A stretch of 52,333 nt of DNA from a bacterium (GCA_021796415.1 JAJYJC010000004.1:1-52333), one strand, 5' to 3'; positions 28,689-38,246 are shown, counted from the stretch's first letter. Notes: a model not told the origin generated them from the letters alone. A program made the numbers and translations.

Positions 28689-29228
28689 CTATTTTTTAAA
28701 TGGAAAACCCATGTAACTTAACATTGCTCGAGCCTCATCATCCGTTTTGGCAGATGTCAAAACATTGACCTGGAAACTAAAAGGATGAGGAAACTTGTCA
28801 TATGGAACTTCGGGAAAGATGGTTTGATCCTTGATACCCAGGCTGTAGTTCCCTTTCCCGTCAAACGCACCAGGTTTCAGTCCCCTAAAATCTCGGACTC
28901 TTGGCAATGCAATATTTATTAATCTATCCAAAAACTCATACATCCTCTCGCCTCTTAAGGTAACCCTCGCTCCAATATCCATGCCTTCGCGAAGCTTAAA
29001 CCCGGCAATTGACTTTTTGGCGGTAGTCTTTACGGGTGCTTGCCCGGTTATGATTTTTAAACCCTCAATGACATCAGTTAGCTCTTTAGAATCCTTGGAA
29101 CTGCGCCCAACACCGGCATTTACTACCACGGCTTTAATCTTCGGTATTTCCATGACATTCTTGTAGCCGAAATCCTCGCCTAGCTTTTTTCTAATTTCTT
29201 TTTTGTATAAATCCAAAATTTGAGACAT
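28689..29228 (-). CDS. rplE: 50S ribosomal protein L5
   Basis: [15 protein letters not shown] and PRVRDFRG motifs. Confidence 0.98.
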   Translation of the reverse strand: MSQILDLYKKEIRKKLGEDFGYKNVMEIPKIKAVVVNAGVGRSSKDSKELTDVIEGLKIITGQAPVKTTAKKSIAGFKLREGMDIGARVTLRGERMYEFLDRLINIALPRVRDFRGLKPGAFDGKGNYSLGIKDQTIFPEVPYDKFPHPFSFQVNVLTSAKTDDEARAMLSYMGFPFKK

Positions 29229-29240
29229 TTTACTCCTTTT

Positions 29241-29327
29241 TATTGGTTAATTGGCATTCGGTTCGTGGGTTTGTGGAGCTTTGAATATTAGAATTTTACC
29301 CAACAACCTACTAACCCATTCACCCAT
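29241..29327. repeat. family C hairpin element (rplX-rplE)
   Basis: 8-nt periodic arms; contains the rplX stop. Confidence 0.8.
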
Positions 29328-29640
29328 TCGCCAACTCCTTTTTGCATCTTCTGCAAATTCTCTCTTTCTTGCCGTTTTTTAAAACCTTAAAGCCGACTCT
29401 TGATCCCTTATTACACTTTGGGCAAACCAGCTGGACATTTGAAATATCCATAGGCGCGGACTTCTCGACTATTCCACCGCGCGGGTTTTTTTCACTGCCT
29501 TTGACGGTCTTTTTCACAATATTTAAACCGTCTACGATAACCTTATTTGCTTTTGGCAGCACAGCTGAAACTGTTCCGGTTTTTCCATTATCTTTGCCGG
29601 TTAGGATAGTTACTTGATCTCCTTTTTTTATCTTTGCCAT
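29320..29640 (-). CDS. rplX: 50S ribosomal protein L24
   Basis: KKGDQV...GKD.GK KOW motif, SNV. Confidence 0.97.
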   Translation of the reverse strand: MAKIKKGDQVTILTGKDNGKTGTVSAVLPKANKVIVDGLNIVKKTVKGSEKNPRGGIVEKSAPMDISNVQLVCPKCNKGSRVGFKVLKNGKKERICRRCKKELANG

Positions 29641-29688
29641 TTTATTTCTTTCCTCTTTTGAAAATTGAAAATTGTGAATTGATAATTG

Positions 29689-30057
29689 CTACAGTACCTC
29701 CGGTGCTAGTGAAACGATTTTCATATAACCTCTTTCCCGAAGCTCTCTGGCGACTGGCCCAAAAATACGGGTACCTCTAGGCTGTCCTGACTTATCTATA
29801 ATAACTGCTGCATTGTCATCAAACTTAATAGTTGAACCGTCTTTCCTTCTGTTTTGATTTACAGTTCGAACAACAACCGCCTTCACTACTTCCTTTTTCT
29901 TGACTGTTCCGCTTGGAATAGCAGTTTTGACACTGGCAGTAATGACATCGCCTACACGGGCATACCGTCTTCTTGTGCCACCCAAAACCTTGATGCACAT
30001 AATTTCTTTTGCACCTGTGTTGTCTGCTATCTTTAATCTTGTCTGCTGTTGTACCAT
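29689..30057 (-). CDS. rplN: 50S ribosomal protein L14
   Basis: [14 protein letters not shown] and [12 protein letters not shown] motifs. Confidence 0.98.
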   Translation of the reverse strand: MVQQQTRLKIADNTGAKEIMCIKVLGGTRRRYARVGDVITASVKTAIPSGTVKKKEVVKAVVVRTVNQNRRKDGSTIKFDDNAAVIIDKSGQPRGTRIFGPVARELRERGYMKIVSLAPEVL

Positions 30058-30299
30058 TACTTTGCTTCCTTATTATTTTCGACCACTTGCCATCTTTTAT
30101 TTTTTGAAAGCGGCCTTATTTCTTCGATTTCTACCACATCACCTATTTTGCATTTGTTTTCATTGTCATGCGCCATAAACTTGGTTGTGGTTTTATATTT
30201 CTTGCGGTAAATCGGATGGCTTTTCAAAGCTTCGACTTTGACTACCACAGATTTATCCATTTTGTCAGAAACAACCGTTCCCTTTAGCCTTCTTTTCAT
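30057..30299 (-). CDS. rpsQ: 30S ribosomal protein S17
   Basis: [13 protein letters not shown] and RPLSK.KRW motifs. Confidence 0.98.
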   Translation of the reverse strand: MKRRLKGTVVSDKMDKSVVVKVEALKSHPIYRKKYKTTTKFMAHDNENKCKIGDVVEIEEIRPLSKNKRWQVVENNKEAK

Positions 30300-30430
30300 T
30301 GTCGCTCATGCTCCTTTTTGTAACTAATTACTTTATCTTAAACGAATCTACGAATATTACTTATTTCTCACGAATCTATTTGTACTAATTTGTAACACTT
30401 GTAGATTCGTCTAGGATTTGCAATTCGTTA
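30300..30430. repeat. family A hairpin element (rpmC-rpsQ)
   Basis: ~130 bp; highly similar to the 32590, 34453 and 43117 copies. Confidence 0.92.
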
Positions 30431-30634
30431 CACATTATCTTCCTTTACCAGCTCTCTTTCTCTCTTAACCGTCAAGGCTCTTGCCAGATCCTTCTTTAAC
30501 TTTCTGATATCTCTCACCTTATTTGATTCTTTCGTGGCTACATCAAAATGAAGTTTGAGCAGCTTTTCCTTGCTATCTTTGATGAACTTATCAAGTTCTT
30601 TGTCTTTTTTCTGCGCTATTTCCTTAATCTTCAT
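30428..30634 (-). CDS. rpmC: 50S ribosomal protein L29
   Basis: Position and [14 protein letters not shown] motif. Confidence 0.92.
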   Translation of the reverse strand: MKIKEIAQKKDKELDKFIKDSKEKLLKLHFDVATKESNKVRDIRKLKKDLARALTVKRERELVKEDNV

Positions 30635-31052
30635 TCTTTTCCTCTTGCACTTTCTGAATTGTTTTTGTCTTCATGGGGAGTTTGTGGGAAGCGAGTCTCA
30701 AGGCTTCTCGCGCTGCTTCCTGGGGAATTCCATCCATTTCAAAAATGATTCTGCCGGGCTTTACGACAAACACGAAGTGATCCGGTGATCCCTTTCCGCT
30801 GCCCATGCGCGTCTCATTTGGTTTCTTCGTGACAGGCTTGTCGGGAAAAACCCTAATCCAAATCTTGCCGCCTCTTTTGACTGATCTGGTCATTGCCCTT
30901 CTGGCAGCTTCTATCTGCCTTGAAGTAAGCCAGGCAGGCTCAACCGCCTTTAAAGCATATTTGCCAAATGAAATCTGATTTCCCCTGTTGGCTTTGCCTG
31001 TTTGGGGGTTTTTCTGGCTCTTCCTAAACTTTGTCTTTTTTGGCATTAACAT
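30624..31052 (-). CDS. rplP: 50S ribosomal protein L16
   Basis: [15 protein letters not shown] and RMGSGKG motifs. Confidence 0.98.
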   Translation of the reverse strand: MLMPKKTKFRKSQKNPQTGKANRGNQISFGKYALKAVEPAWLTSRQIEAARRAMTRSVKRGGKIWIRVFPDKPVTKKPNETRMGSGKGSPDHFVFVVKPGRIIFEMDGIPQEAAREALRLASHKLPMKTKTIQKVQEEKNED

Positions 31053-31069
31053 TTTATCGCTTTGCTCCT

Positions 31070-31155
31070 ATTGGTTATTGGGTTAATGGGTGTGTAGGTT
31101 TATGGGATCTTCCCCTAACCTACCCGCCAACTAACCGACTAACCTATTTACCTAT
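31070..31155. repeat. family C hairpin element (rpsC-rplP)
   Basis: 8-nt periodic arms; contains the rpsC stop. Confidence 0.8.
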
Positions 31156-31803
31156 ATCATCTCCCGCTCTATTTTTGGTTGTTCCTCCCATATAAATCCA
31201 AACCTTTATACCGATAATTCCATAAGTTGTGTGGGCTCTGGCTGTGCCATAATCTATATCTGCGCGGATCGTCTGAAGAGGTATCTTGCCTTCAGAGGTA
31301 AACTCGCGCCTGGCAATCTCTGCGCCGTTTAGCCTTCCGGCAACCATTACTTTAACTCCTTTTGCGCCGGCCTTTAGAGCCTTATCAACGGATTGTTTGA
31401 CGGCTCTTTTGTAAGCCATTCTTCTCTCAAGCTGAGAAGCTATATTCTCGGCAACAAGCTTTGGATTTACTTCTGCGTTTCTTACTTCCTGAATATTTAT
31501 ATCTTTTAACTGCGTTGAAATGATCTTCTGCAAATTCTTTTTTAGCTCTACAGCACCAGATCCGCCGCGGCCTATCAAGACGCCGGGCCTTGAGGTGAAG
31601 ATGTTTACAGACACTTGAGTCGCATTTCTTTCAATCTCAACTCTTGCGATACCGGCTTTTCTTTCCAGGTTTTTAGCCAGGTATTCTCGGATTTTTCTGT
31701 CTTCATGCAAATACTTGGCATAATCTTTTTCGCTATACCACTTCGAAGACCAGTTTTTATTGATCTGTAATCTAAAGCTTATCGGGCTGACCTTGTGACC
31801 CAT
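31144..31803 (-). CDS. rpsC: 30S ribosomal protein S3
   Basis: MGHKV.P, RPGVLIGR.G and GRLNGAEIAR motifs. Confidence 0.98.
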   Translation of the reverse strand: MGHKVSPISFRLQINKNWSSKWYSEKDYAKYLHEDRKIREYLAKNLERKAGIARVEIERNATQVSVNIFTSRPGVLIGRGGSGAVELKKNLQKIISTQLKDINIQEVRNAEVNPKLVAENIASQLERRMAYKRAVKQSVDKALKAGAKGVKVMVAGRLNGAEIARREFTSEGKIPLQTIRADIDYGTARAHTTYGIIGIKVWIYMGGTTKNRAGDDIGK

Positions 31804-32279
31804 TATTTCTTCTCCTTTTGTTTAGCTTCTGGCTTCTCTGATTTTGGTTTGTTATCTTTCTTATCTTCTGCCTTAACAGCTTTCTTTTCTGCCACTTTCT
31901 TTGTTTCTTTATTTTTTAATTTCGAATCTTTAATTTTTACTCGATCCTCTTCTCCCTCTACAACTATCGTTACATGAGCAGTCCTTTTGCGGATAGCGCT
32001 TGCCATACCTCTCGCTCTTGGCCTGTGCCTTTTGAGTGTCGGACCTTCATCAACCATAATTTCAGATATCACTAAATCGTCTTTATTCATTGAAAAATTG
32101 TTTTCGGCATTTGCGACAGCTGACTTAAGGGTTTTCTCGATCAATTTTGCCGCCTTTTTAGGGGTAAATTTCAAAATACCAAAAGCCTCGTTAGCTTTCC
32201 TGCCTCTAACCATATCCGCAACGAGCCTCGTTTTACGCGCTGATATTCTGTTGTACTTTGATACTGCTTTCGTTTTCAT
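31803..32279 (-). CDS. rplV: 50S ribosomal protein L22 with Lys/Glu-rich tail
   Basis: SARK.RLVAD, SAVANA and PRARG motifs. Confidence 0.97.
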   Translation of the reverse strand: MKTKAVSKYNRISARKTRLVADMVRGRKANEAFGILKFTPKKAAKLIEKTLKSAVANAENNFSMNKDDLVISEIMVDEGPTLKRHRPRARGMASAIRKRTAHVTIVVEGEEDRVKIKDSKLKNKETKKVAEKKAVKAEDKKDNKPKSEKPEAKQKEKK

Positions 32280-32310
32280 TTCCCTAATTTCCTAATTCCT
32301 AATTAACTAG

Positions 32311-32589
32311 TTAACCTTTTCGCTGTTCCTTTGCCATCTTACCGCCGTGCCCTCTAAACTTGCGGGTTATTGAAAATTCACCTAACTTATGCCCGACCAT
32401 ATCCTCTGTTACAAAAACCGGGATGTGATCTTTGCCGTTATGGACGCCGAATGTGTGGCCCACCATTTCCGGAGAAATAGTTGAGGCGCGAGCCCAAGTC
32501 TTTATAACTTTCTTATCATTGCCAAGAGACGTGACTTTCTTGAGCAACTTTTCATCTACATATGGTCCTTTTTTCAGTGATCTAGACAT
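32311..32589 (-). CDS. rpsS: 30S ribosomal protein S19
   Basis: RSLKKGP, VHNGK and MVGHKLGEF motifs. Confidence 0.98.
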   Translation of the reverse strand: MSRSLKKGPYVDEKLLKKVTSLGNDKKVIKTWARASTISPEMVGHTFGVHNGKDHIPVFVTEDMVGHKLGEFSITRKFRGHGGKMAKEQRKG

Positions 32590-32720
32590 CGTCGCTTACG
32601 CTCCTTTCTGGTAACTAATTACTTATCTTAAACAAATCTACGAATATTACTTATTCCTTACGAATCAATTTGTACTAATTTGTAACATTTGTAGATTCGT
32701 CTAGGATTTGTAATTCGTTA
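32590..32720. repeat. family A hairpin element (rplB-rpsS)
   Basis: Near-identical to the other family A copies. Confidence 0.92.
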
Positions 32721-32723
32721 CCA

Positions 32724-33551
32724 TTATCTTTTTCTTCCTCTTACAATCATCTTATTTGATTTGGCTTTTCTGTTTCTGGTTTTAAATCCAAGCGCCGGCA
32801 TACCCCAAGGTGTTTTCGGATGAACCAGGCCGATATCTGTTCCGCCTTCACCACCGCCATGCGGATGATCAACCGGGTTCATGGCCTTACCTCTTACGGT
32901 CGGACGAATACCCATATGTCTTTTTCGACCAGCCTTGCCAACTTTAATATTTTTGTGCTCGGCATTTGAAACTTCACCTATAGACGCTAAGCATCTCTCG
33001 TCAACTAATCTTTGCTCTCCTGAAGGGAGCTTTATCTGAACATACTTGCCTTCTTTTGCCATTAACTGAATCTTTGTACCGGCGCTCCTGGCAAGCTGTC
33101 CGCCTCTCCCGGGAGTCAGCTCCACATTGTAAATAGTGGTTCCGACGGGAATGTCTTTTAGCACCAGCCTGTTTCCAGATCTCACTTCCGCTCCCTCACC
33201 AGCGACAACTTTCTTGCCAACTTTGGAACCTTTGGGGGCTATCATATAAAACTTTGAATTATCTTCCCTCTCCACCAAAGCTATACGAGCGTTTCGATTG
33301 GGATCGTATTCAATCGCTGTAATCTTGCCTTCCAGATTTCCTGACATCTTAAAGTCAATCAATCTATACTTTCTCTTGGCGCCGCCGCCTTGGTGCCTGA
33401 CGGTAATTTTCCCTTGCCCGTTTCGGCCTGAATTCTTCTTTAGAGGTACCACTAAAGATCTCTCCGGACTCTTTTTTGTAATGTCCGCAAAGTCATCCAT
33501 GCTCATTCGGCGTCTTGCGTTTGATGTCGGTTTGACCTTTTTTACTGCCAT
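32724..33551 (-). CDS. rplB: 50S ribosomal protein L2
   Basis: EYDPNR, ARSAG and MNPVDHPHGGGEG motifs. Confidence 0.98.
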   Translation of the reverse strand: MAVKKVKPTSNARRRMSMDDFADITKKSPERSLVVPLKKNSGRNGQGKITVRHQGGGAKRKYRLIDFKMSGNLEGKITAIEYDPNRNARIALVEREDNSKFYMIAPKGSKVGKKVVAGEGAEVRSGNRLVLKDIPVGTTIYNVELTPGRGGQLARSAGTKIQLMAKEGKYVQIKLPSGEQRLVDERCLASIGEVSNAEHKNIKVGKAGRKRHMGIRPTVRGKAMNPVDHPHGGGEGGTDIGLVHPKTPWGMPALGFKTRNRKAKSNKMIVRGRKR

Positions 33552-33835
33552 TATATTCCTTTAAATTCCTCTATTTTATCGCCGGCTTTCAGTGTGACAT
33601 ACGCCTTTTTGAAATCCGATCTTTTGCCATACTTTCTGCCGACTCTTTTGACTTTTCCTTTTACGACAACTGTTCTAACGTTTACAACCGTTACCTTAAA
33701 AAGTTTTTCTATTGTCCCCGCTATTTCAATCTTGTTTGCATCCATGTCAACAACAAATACATACTTTCCTTCTTCTGCCTTAGCGAAGCTTTTCTCGCTG
33801 ATAACCGGTTTCTTTAAAATGCCTAGCATTTCCAT
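33551..33835 (-). CDS. rplW: 50S ribosomal protein L23
   Basis: P.ISEK, ANK.EI and KKAYVTL motifs. Confidence 0.97.
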   Translation of the reverse strand: MEMLGILKKPVISEKSFAKAEEGKYVFVVDMDANKIEIAGTIEKLFKVTVVNVRTVVVKGKVKRVGRKYGKRSDFKKAYVTLKAGDKIEEFKGI

Positions 33836-34452
33836 TATTTTGCCTCCTCACTAAGCATCTTTAAACTCTCGCCGATAAAAACCACTTTTCTTGCCCACGT
33901 AATATCATATGCGTTTAGGTTTTTGTAATTTACCATTTTGACACCCGGCAAGTTTCGAACGCTCTTTTCTGCGTTTTCATCATTTTTCTCAACAACTATC
34001 AGTGTGTTTCTGTTTAAGTCCAGTTTCTTTAGCAAATTTGCAAACACCTTGGTGCTTGGCTTCTCCATCTTTATCTCGCTGATGGCCAAAATGTCTGCAT
34101 CTTTTTTTGTCCTAAGCGCGGACATGAGAGCTGCATTTCTTTTTTTCTTTGGCATATTTAGCTTATAGTTTTGCGCGCCGGTCGGGCCAAATGTTACCCC
34201 GCCGCCTCTCCATATAGGCGACCTTGAGGAGCCTGCTCTGGCGCGGCCTGTTCCTTTTTGTCTCCACGGCTTCTTGCCGCCACCGGAAACTTCAGATCTG
34301 TCAAGCGTCTTTGCGCCTGCCTGCCTCTTATTTGACTGTATGATGTGCAAAGCCTCAGCAAGCAAAGATTCATTTACTCTTCCATCAAAAACCTTGGTAC
34401 TTATCGTACTTTCTGTTTTTTTGCCTGTTTTGTCATAAACTGCTACTTTCAT
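33835..34452 (-). CDS. rplD: 50S ribosomal protein L4
   Basis: GGGKKPWRQKGTGRAR and GGGVTFGP motifs. Confidence 0.98.
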   Translation of the reverse strand: MKVAVYDKTGKKTESTISTKVFDGRVNESLLAEALHIIQSNKRQAGAKTLDRSEVSGGGKKPWRQKGTGRARAGSSRSPIWRGGGVTFGPTGAQNYKLNMPKKKRNAALMSALRTKKDADILAISEIKMEKPSTKVFANLLKKLDLNRNTLIVVEKNDENAEKSVRNLPGVKMVNYKNLNAYDITWARKVVFIGESLKMLSEEAK

Positions 34453-34582
34453 GCGTCTCTCACGCTCCTTTTGTAACTAATTACTTATCTTAAACGAATC
34501 TATGAATATTACTTATTATCACGAATCTATTTGTACTCATTTGTTACCATTTGTAGATTCGTCTAGGATTTGTAATTCGTTA
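34453..34582. repeat. family A hairpin element (rplC-rplD)
   Basis: Near-identical to the other family A copies; contains the rplC stop. Confidence 0.92.
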
Positions 34583-35188
34583 CACATTAACACTCTTTAT
34601 TAACACAACTGACTTTCTTGGTCCCGGTACTGCTCCTTTAATTGCCAAAACGTTCTTCTCCGCATCTACCTTTTCGATTGTTAAATTTTTAACCGTTGTC
34701 TTAGCATGGCCCATCTGACCGGGCAGCTTTCTCCCTTTGAAAACATGCTGCGGAAACATAGCCCCGATAGAACCGGGCCTTCGCTGATTTCTTGAACCGT
34801 GAGTCATGGGACCGCGATGGAAGTTGTGCCTTTTGATCGTTCCGGCAAATCCTTTTCCTTTGCTTACGCCTGTAACGTGGATTTTTTCTCCTTCTTTGAA
34901 AACATCGCACATTATAGCGTCACCAACCTTCATGTCCTCGCCTACGATTTTCACCTCTTTCAGAAATCTCGGCTTTGATCCTGATTTTTTTAAATGGCCG
35001 AGAATCGGCTTTGAAAGTTTCTTGGTTTCGCCAAATCCAATCTGCATGGCCTCGTAACCGTCTTTCTCGGTGTTTCTGATTTGCGTAACCACGCACGGAC
35101 CCGCCTCTACCAATGTAACAGGAACCATCTCGCCGTTTTTGCCGAAATAGTTTGTCATTCCAATTTTTTTGCCTAGAATTGCTTTCAT
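34580..35188 (-). CDS. rplC: 50S ribosomal protein L3
   Basis: GKKIGMT, SKGKGFAG and KGAVPGP motifs; start ATG 35188. Confidence 0.97.
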   Translation of the reverse strand: MKAILGKKIGMTNYFGKNGEMVPVTLVEAGPCVVTQIRNTEKDGYEAMQIGFGETKKLSKPILGHLKKSGSKPRFLKEVKIVGEDMKVGDAIMCDVFKEGEKIHVTGVSKGKGFAGTIKRHNFHRGPMTHGSRNQRRPGSIGAMFPQHVFKGRKLPGQMGHAKTTVKNLTIEKVDAEKNVLAIKGAVPGPRKSVVLIKSVNV

Positions 35189-35315
35189 TTTTCGCAACTA
35201 AAATTTCTTCGACATACCGACAGTTTCCCCTTAGGACTTGTCAGCACCCCGTTTGTTTTAATATTATTTCTTTGTTATTTTGCGGGAATTAATCCCTAAA
35301 AAATAAACTTGTAAA

Positions 35316-35344
35316 ATTATAGCGAAACCAGAACAAAAAGTCAA
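35316..35344 (-). promoter_or_regulatory. promoter of the rplC operon
   Basis: TTGACT-17bp-TATAAT. Confidence 0.8.
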
Positions 35345-35429
35345 TACTTTCGAAAACGTGGGATTTGGGGGATCGCTTCGCTTGTGGAAATTGTTTGATG
35401 CAACTTCAACAGCTACCACAATTCCAGCA

Positions 35430-35966
35430 TTATTTTCGTCCTTTCTTTCCTTTGACGATTATGGGCTTGCCCAGGATCTTTCTCGCCTCTTCCTTCAATG
35501 GTATTTTCCAACCCAAGTTTTCCTTCTCTTTAATAAGTTTTAGCAAATAAAAGGGGTGGACATGAATATAGTTTCCTTTAAAGAAATATCTGACTTGTTT
35601 TTTGTCCTTTTTGGGTAATAGTTTCAGAAGTTCGCTTGTGACAAAGTCAGGCGCAAAGAGATATACATCTGTTACTTCCTTTCGAATAATAGTGTCGTCT
35701 ATCAAAAGATCTAACTCTTTCAAAAATCTATGTCTGAACTTTGCCTTATTTGTCTCAAGCACCGAACCGGACTCAAAAACATGCCCATGGCCGGCGCTCT
35801 CGAAAAAACCCTCTTTGTCCGAATAATGCGGGTAGAGCATCTTGAACTCACCTGTCATTTCTATCTCTCCGTTGCTTGCGACGTAGAAGTCAGCTGTATG
35901 CAATCCGGCAGTGACAATCAAGGCGTTTTTGCTCCTAAATTGCGGCAAATCCCTGGTGATCTTCAT
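35430..35966 (-). CDS. hypothetical protein, host-attachment/baeRF (eRF1 domain-like) family candidate
   Basis: N-terminal beta strand LIVTA, SD.EG loop, helix F.KEL, YLFAP and C-terminal GNY...P..L pattern. Confidence 0.55.
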   Translation of the reverse strand: MKITRDLPQFRSKNALIVTAGLHTADFYVASNGEIEMTGEFKMLYPHYSDKEGFFESAGHGHVFESGSVLETNKAKFRHRFLKELDLLIDDTIIRKEVTDVYLFAPDFVTSELLKLLPKKDKKQVRYFFKGNYIHVHPFYLLKLIKEKENLGWKIPLKEEARKILGKPIIVKGKKGRK

Positions 35967-36047
35967 GCCGCTAAACTAACATGGGAAATAAATAATTTAA
36001 CTGTTTAAAGTTATAAATCCAATAACCCAGAGCACTTATACACGTCA

Positions 36048-36131
36048 CACGACTTACGCATTCCGCACACACCCGGTGAGCAAATACCACCCACACCCGG
36101 TGTGTAAAATCAGCGAAATGCGTAAATCATG
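36048..36131 (-). repeat. hairpin enclosing two CACACCCGGTG palindromes
   Basis: 36048-36066 pairs with 36113-36131 (G-U compatible on the minus strand). Confidence 0.6.
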
Positions 36132-36175
36132 GTCATTCTGGCCTGTCTTGCCGGCAGGCAGGCCTGTCCAGAATC
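36132..36175. repeat. GTCATTCTGGCCTGTCCAGAATC palindrome with nested insertion
   Basis: 8-bp GGCCTGTC duplication around TTGCCGGCAGGCA. Confidence 0.8.
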
Positions 36176-36177
36176 TT

Positions 36178-37119
36178 TTATTTCTGAAGAGTTTTCTCGG
36201 TAACCATACTTAGCCACTTGCCATATGTTTTGACTTTGCCATGAACAATATCGAGGTAGAGCTCACGGATTTTTTTCGTTACCTCCCCCTCTTTTTCTCC
36301 TGTTAGCTTAAGGTCGTTTATCTGTCCGATGGCATTGACTTCCACGGCCGTCCCGACAAAGAAAGCCTCATCAAAGCCCTTGATTGCATCCGGTTTGATG
36401 TCTTTTTCCTTGACTCGCATACCCAATTCTCTCTGGGCAATTTCAATTATTGAAGCCCTTGTTATCCCTGGCAAAATAGAGCCTTTGTTTGGCGTGAATA
36501 ATTGTTTGTCTTTGACGAAAAATACATTCTCTCCCGGACCTTCGGCAATATTTCCCTTGTAATCTAGAAGTAACGCTTCATCAAAGCCGTGATTTTTGGC
36601 ATCTGTTGAAGCCAGTATCGAGTTGGCGTAATGTCCGGAGATTTTGGCTGTCATAACGCTGGATTTGGGATGAATCCGTGTGAAATCAGATATCTTGACC
36701 TTTACCGCTTCCTTGGAAAGATATTTACCCCAAGGCCAGGCCGCAATCATGACATTAATTTCTGAACCCGCCGGATCTAATCCCATCTTCTCACCGTAAA
36801 ATACCAGCGGCCTTATGTAACACTCGGTTAAATTATTTTTTCGGATAATTTCAAGTGTCGCTTCAATAATTTCAGCCTCACTCCACCCGTCATTCCCGCG
36901 CAGGCGGGAATCCATCTGCATTGCCTCTGCTGACTTATACAACCTTTTTATATGATCTTCCAATCTAAAGACTGCTGGACCGCGTGAAGTCTCGTAACAA
37001 CGAATTCCTTCAAACACTCCTGAGCCATAGTGAAGAGAATGATTCAAGATATGAACCCGCGACTCTTCAAATGGAATAACTTCCCCGTTAAGCCATATAA
37101 AATCAGCCAGCTTCTGCAT
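36178..37119 (-). CDS. ilvE: branched-chain amino acid aminotransferase
   Basis: LHYGSGVFEGIR, YIRP, AK..G.Y.NS, EG.GEN.F, ILPGITR and GTA.E motifs. Confidence 0.93.
   Translation of the reverse strand: MQKLADFIWLNGEVIPFEESRVHILNHSLHYGSGVFEGIRCYETSRGPAVFRLEDHIKRLYKSAEAMQMDSRLRGNDGWSEAEIIEATLEIIRKNNLTECYIRPLVFYGEKMGLDPAGSEINVMIAAWPWGKYLSKEAVKVKISDFTRIHPKSSVMTAKISGHYANSILASTDAKNHGFDEALLLDYKGNIAEGPGENVFFVKDKQLFTPNKGSILPGITRASIIEIAQRELGMRVKEKDIKPDAIKGFDEAFFVGTAVEVNAIGQINDLKLTGEKEGEVTKKIRELYLDIVHGKVKTYGKWLSMVTEKTLQK
36888..36914. repeat. dRS3-like palindrome inserted in-frame in ilvE
   Basis: CGTCATTCCCGCGCAGGCGGGAATCCA, read as DSRLRGND. Confidence 0.85.
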
Positions 37120-37572
37120 TTATTTAATCTCCTTAAAAAATGGCTTTTCGGATTCAACCCAGTCAGCAATTTCTTCTTGGATTCCTTCCGGCAGGATTAT
37201 TTGTTTTTTCAAATCTTTCTCTTTCGTTGCAATAAATTCTATATGATCTTCCTTACTTTTAATATCATCCGTTGGAAGATTGACTTCAAATATAATATTT
37301 ACCTCATGTTGTAATTTATCTTTATGATGAACAAATAAATTTTCGCAAATTCCAACAAATGACGAAATATCGATATTTTTTATCCCTAGCTCTTCTCTCA
37401 ACTCTCTTTTTAGGGCTTCTTTGGCGCTCTCACCATTTTCAACATGGCCTCCCGGTAAAAAATGCCAGCTTTTATCTTTTAACTTGCATAAAATCACATT
37501 ACCGGAAGGGCTCCGCAAAAAGCCCCTGGCTATAAAATGAATATTAGAATCAGGAGAAAAGTATTGCCGCAT
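37120..37572 (-). CDS. NUDIX hydrolase
   Basis: Nudix box GGHVENGESAKEALKRELREELG. Confidence 0.93.
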   Translation of the reverse strand: MRQYFSPDSNIHFIARGFLRSPSGNVILCKLKDKSWHFLPGGHVENGESAKEALKRELREELGIKNIDISSFVGICENLFVHHKDKLQHEVNIIFEVNLPTDDIKSKEDHIEFIATKEKDLKKQIILPEGIQEEIADWVESEKPFFKEIK

Positions 37573-37608
37573 ACTTTCATTATAGCCGAGTTGAAGCTCG
37601 AAGGAAAA

Positions 37609-38088
37609 TTATTGTAGCCAAGAATTTTTCTTCACAAACCCCAGCTTTTTCCAGCGCTTTCCAAGTCCCAGATAATCACCGGCGCCAACTGATGCAAGGG
37701 TCAAGAGAACCAAAATATAGACAATGTGTTCGTCAATTAGCGGATTCATTTTGATAGGCAGTGATGCCAGCCATATGAGAAACATCATTATAGATCCCAC
37801 ATATGCAGAGAGCTTTACTCTGAAGCCGAGTATTAAACCGACTCCCACGAAAAGCATTCCCAGCATAAAGAGCCAATCCACAACCACATTACCCGCCAGA
37901 CTGTGAAATGTACCGGCAAAAGGACCTTGCACAGATTTTAGAAACCCTGCCGTTGGCGATACGCCGTTAAGCCAAGCTTTCCCTGACTTAGTCGCATAGC
38001 CCAAGCCAAAAAGCTTATCCAGAAAAGTCCACAGAAATATCCAGCCCATCACGATTCTCGTGAGTCCAAATAAATATTCTTTTTTCAT
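37609..38088 (-). CDS. DoxX/DoxD-family membrane protein
   Basis: R..MGWIFLW.FLDK.FGLG, SPT.GFL and NP..DEH..Y motifs; 4 TM. Confidence 0.85.
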   Translation of the reverse strand: MKKEYLFGLTRIVMGWIFLWTFLDKLFGLGYATKSGKAWLNGVSPTAGFLKSVQGPFAGTFHSLAGNVVVDWLFMLGMLFVGVGLILGFRVKLSAYVGSIMMFLIWLASLPIKMNPLIDEHIVYILVLLTLASVGAGDYLGLGKRWKKLGFVKKNSWLQ

Positions 38089-38101
38089 TTTTTGCCTTCC
38101 T

Positions 38102-38147
38102 GCCCTCTCCGCCTATTGGCGGATAAACTCCGCTTAGCGAAGGTGGG
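38102..38147. repeat. REP-like element with CTCCGC duplication
   Basis: Shared with 26366-26408. Confidence 0.7.
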
Positions 38148-38207
38148 TCTTTATGATTTTTTTCCCCCTTCATAATACCATAATAATTTTTATTGGCAAA
38201 TCTTTTT

Positions 38208-38239
38208 ACCACTAGCCTAAACCGGTTTAGGCTAGTGGT
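38208..38239. promoter_or_regulatory. perfect 32-bp palindrome (operator or REP)
   Basis: ACCACTAGCCTAAACC|GGTTTAGGCTAGTGGT; lies just upstream of a TTGCCA-16-TATTAT promoter (38172-38199) for doxX. Confidence 0.6.
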
Positions 38240-38246
38240 TCACCCG

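Noticed and set aside
38015-38212. 65-aa minus-strand ORF
   Set aside because: Runs through promoter and repeat DNA and overlaps doxX out of frame
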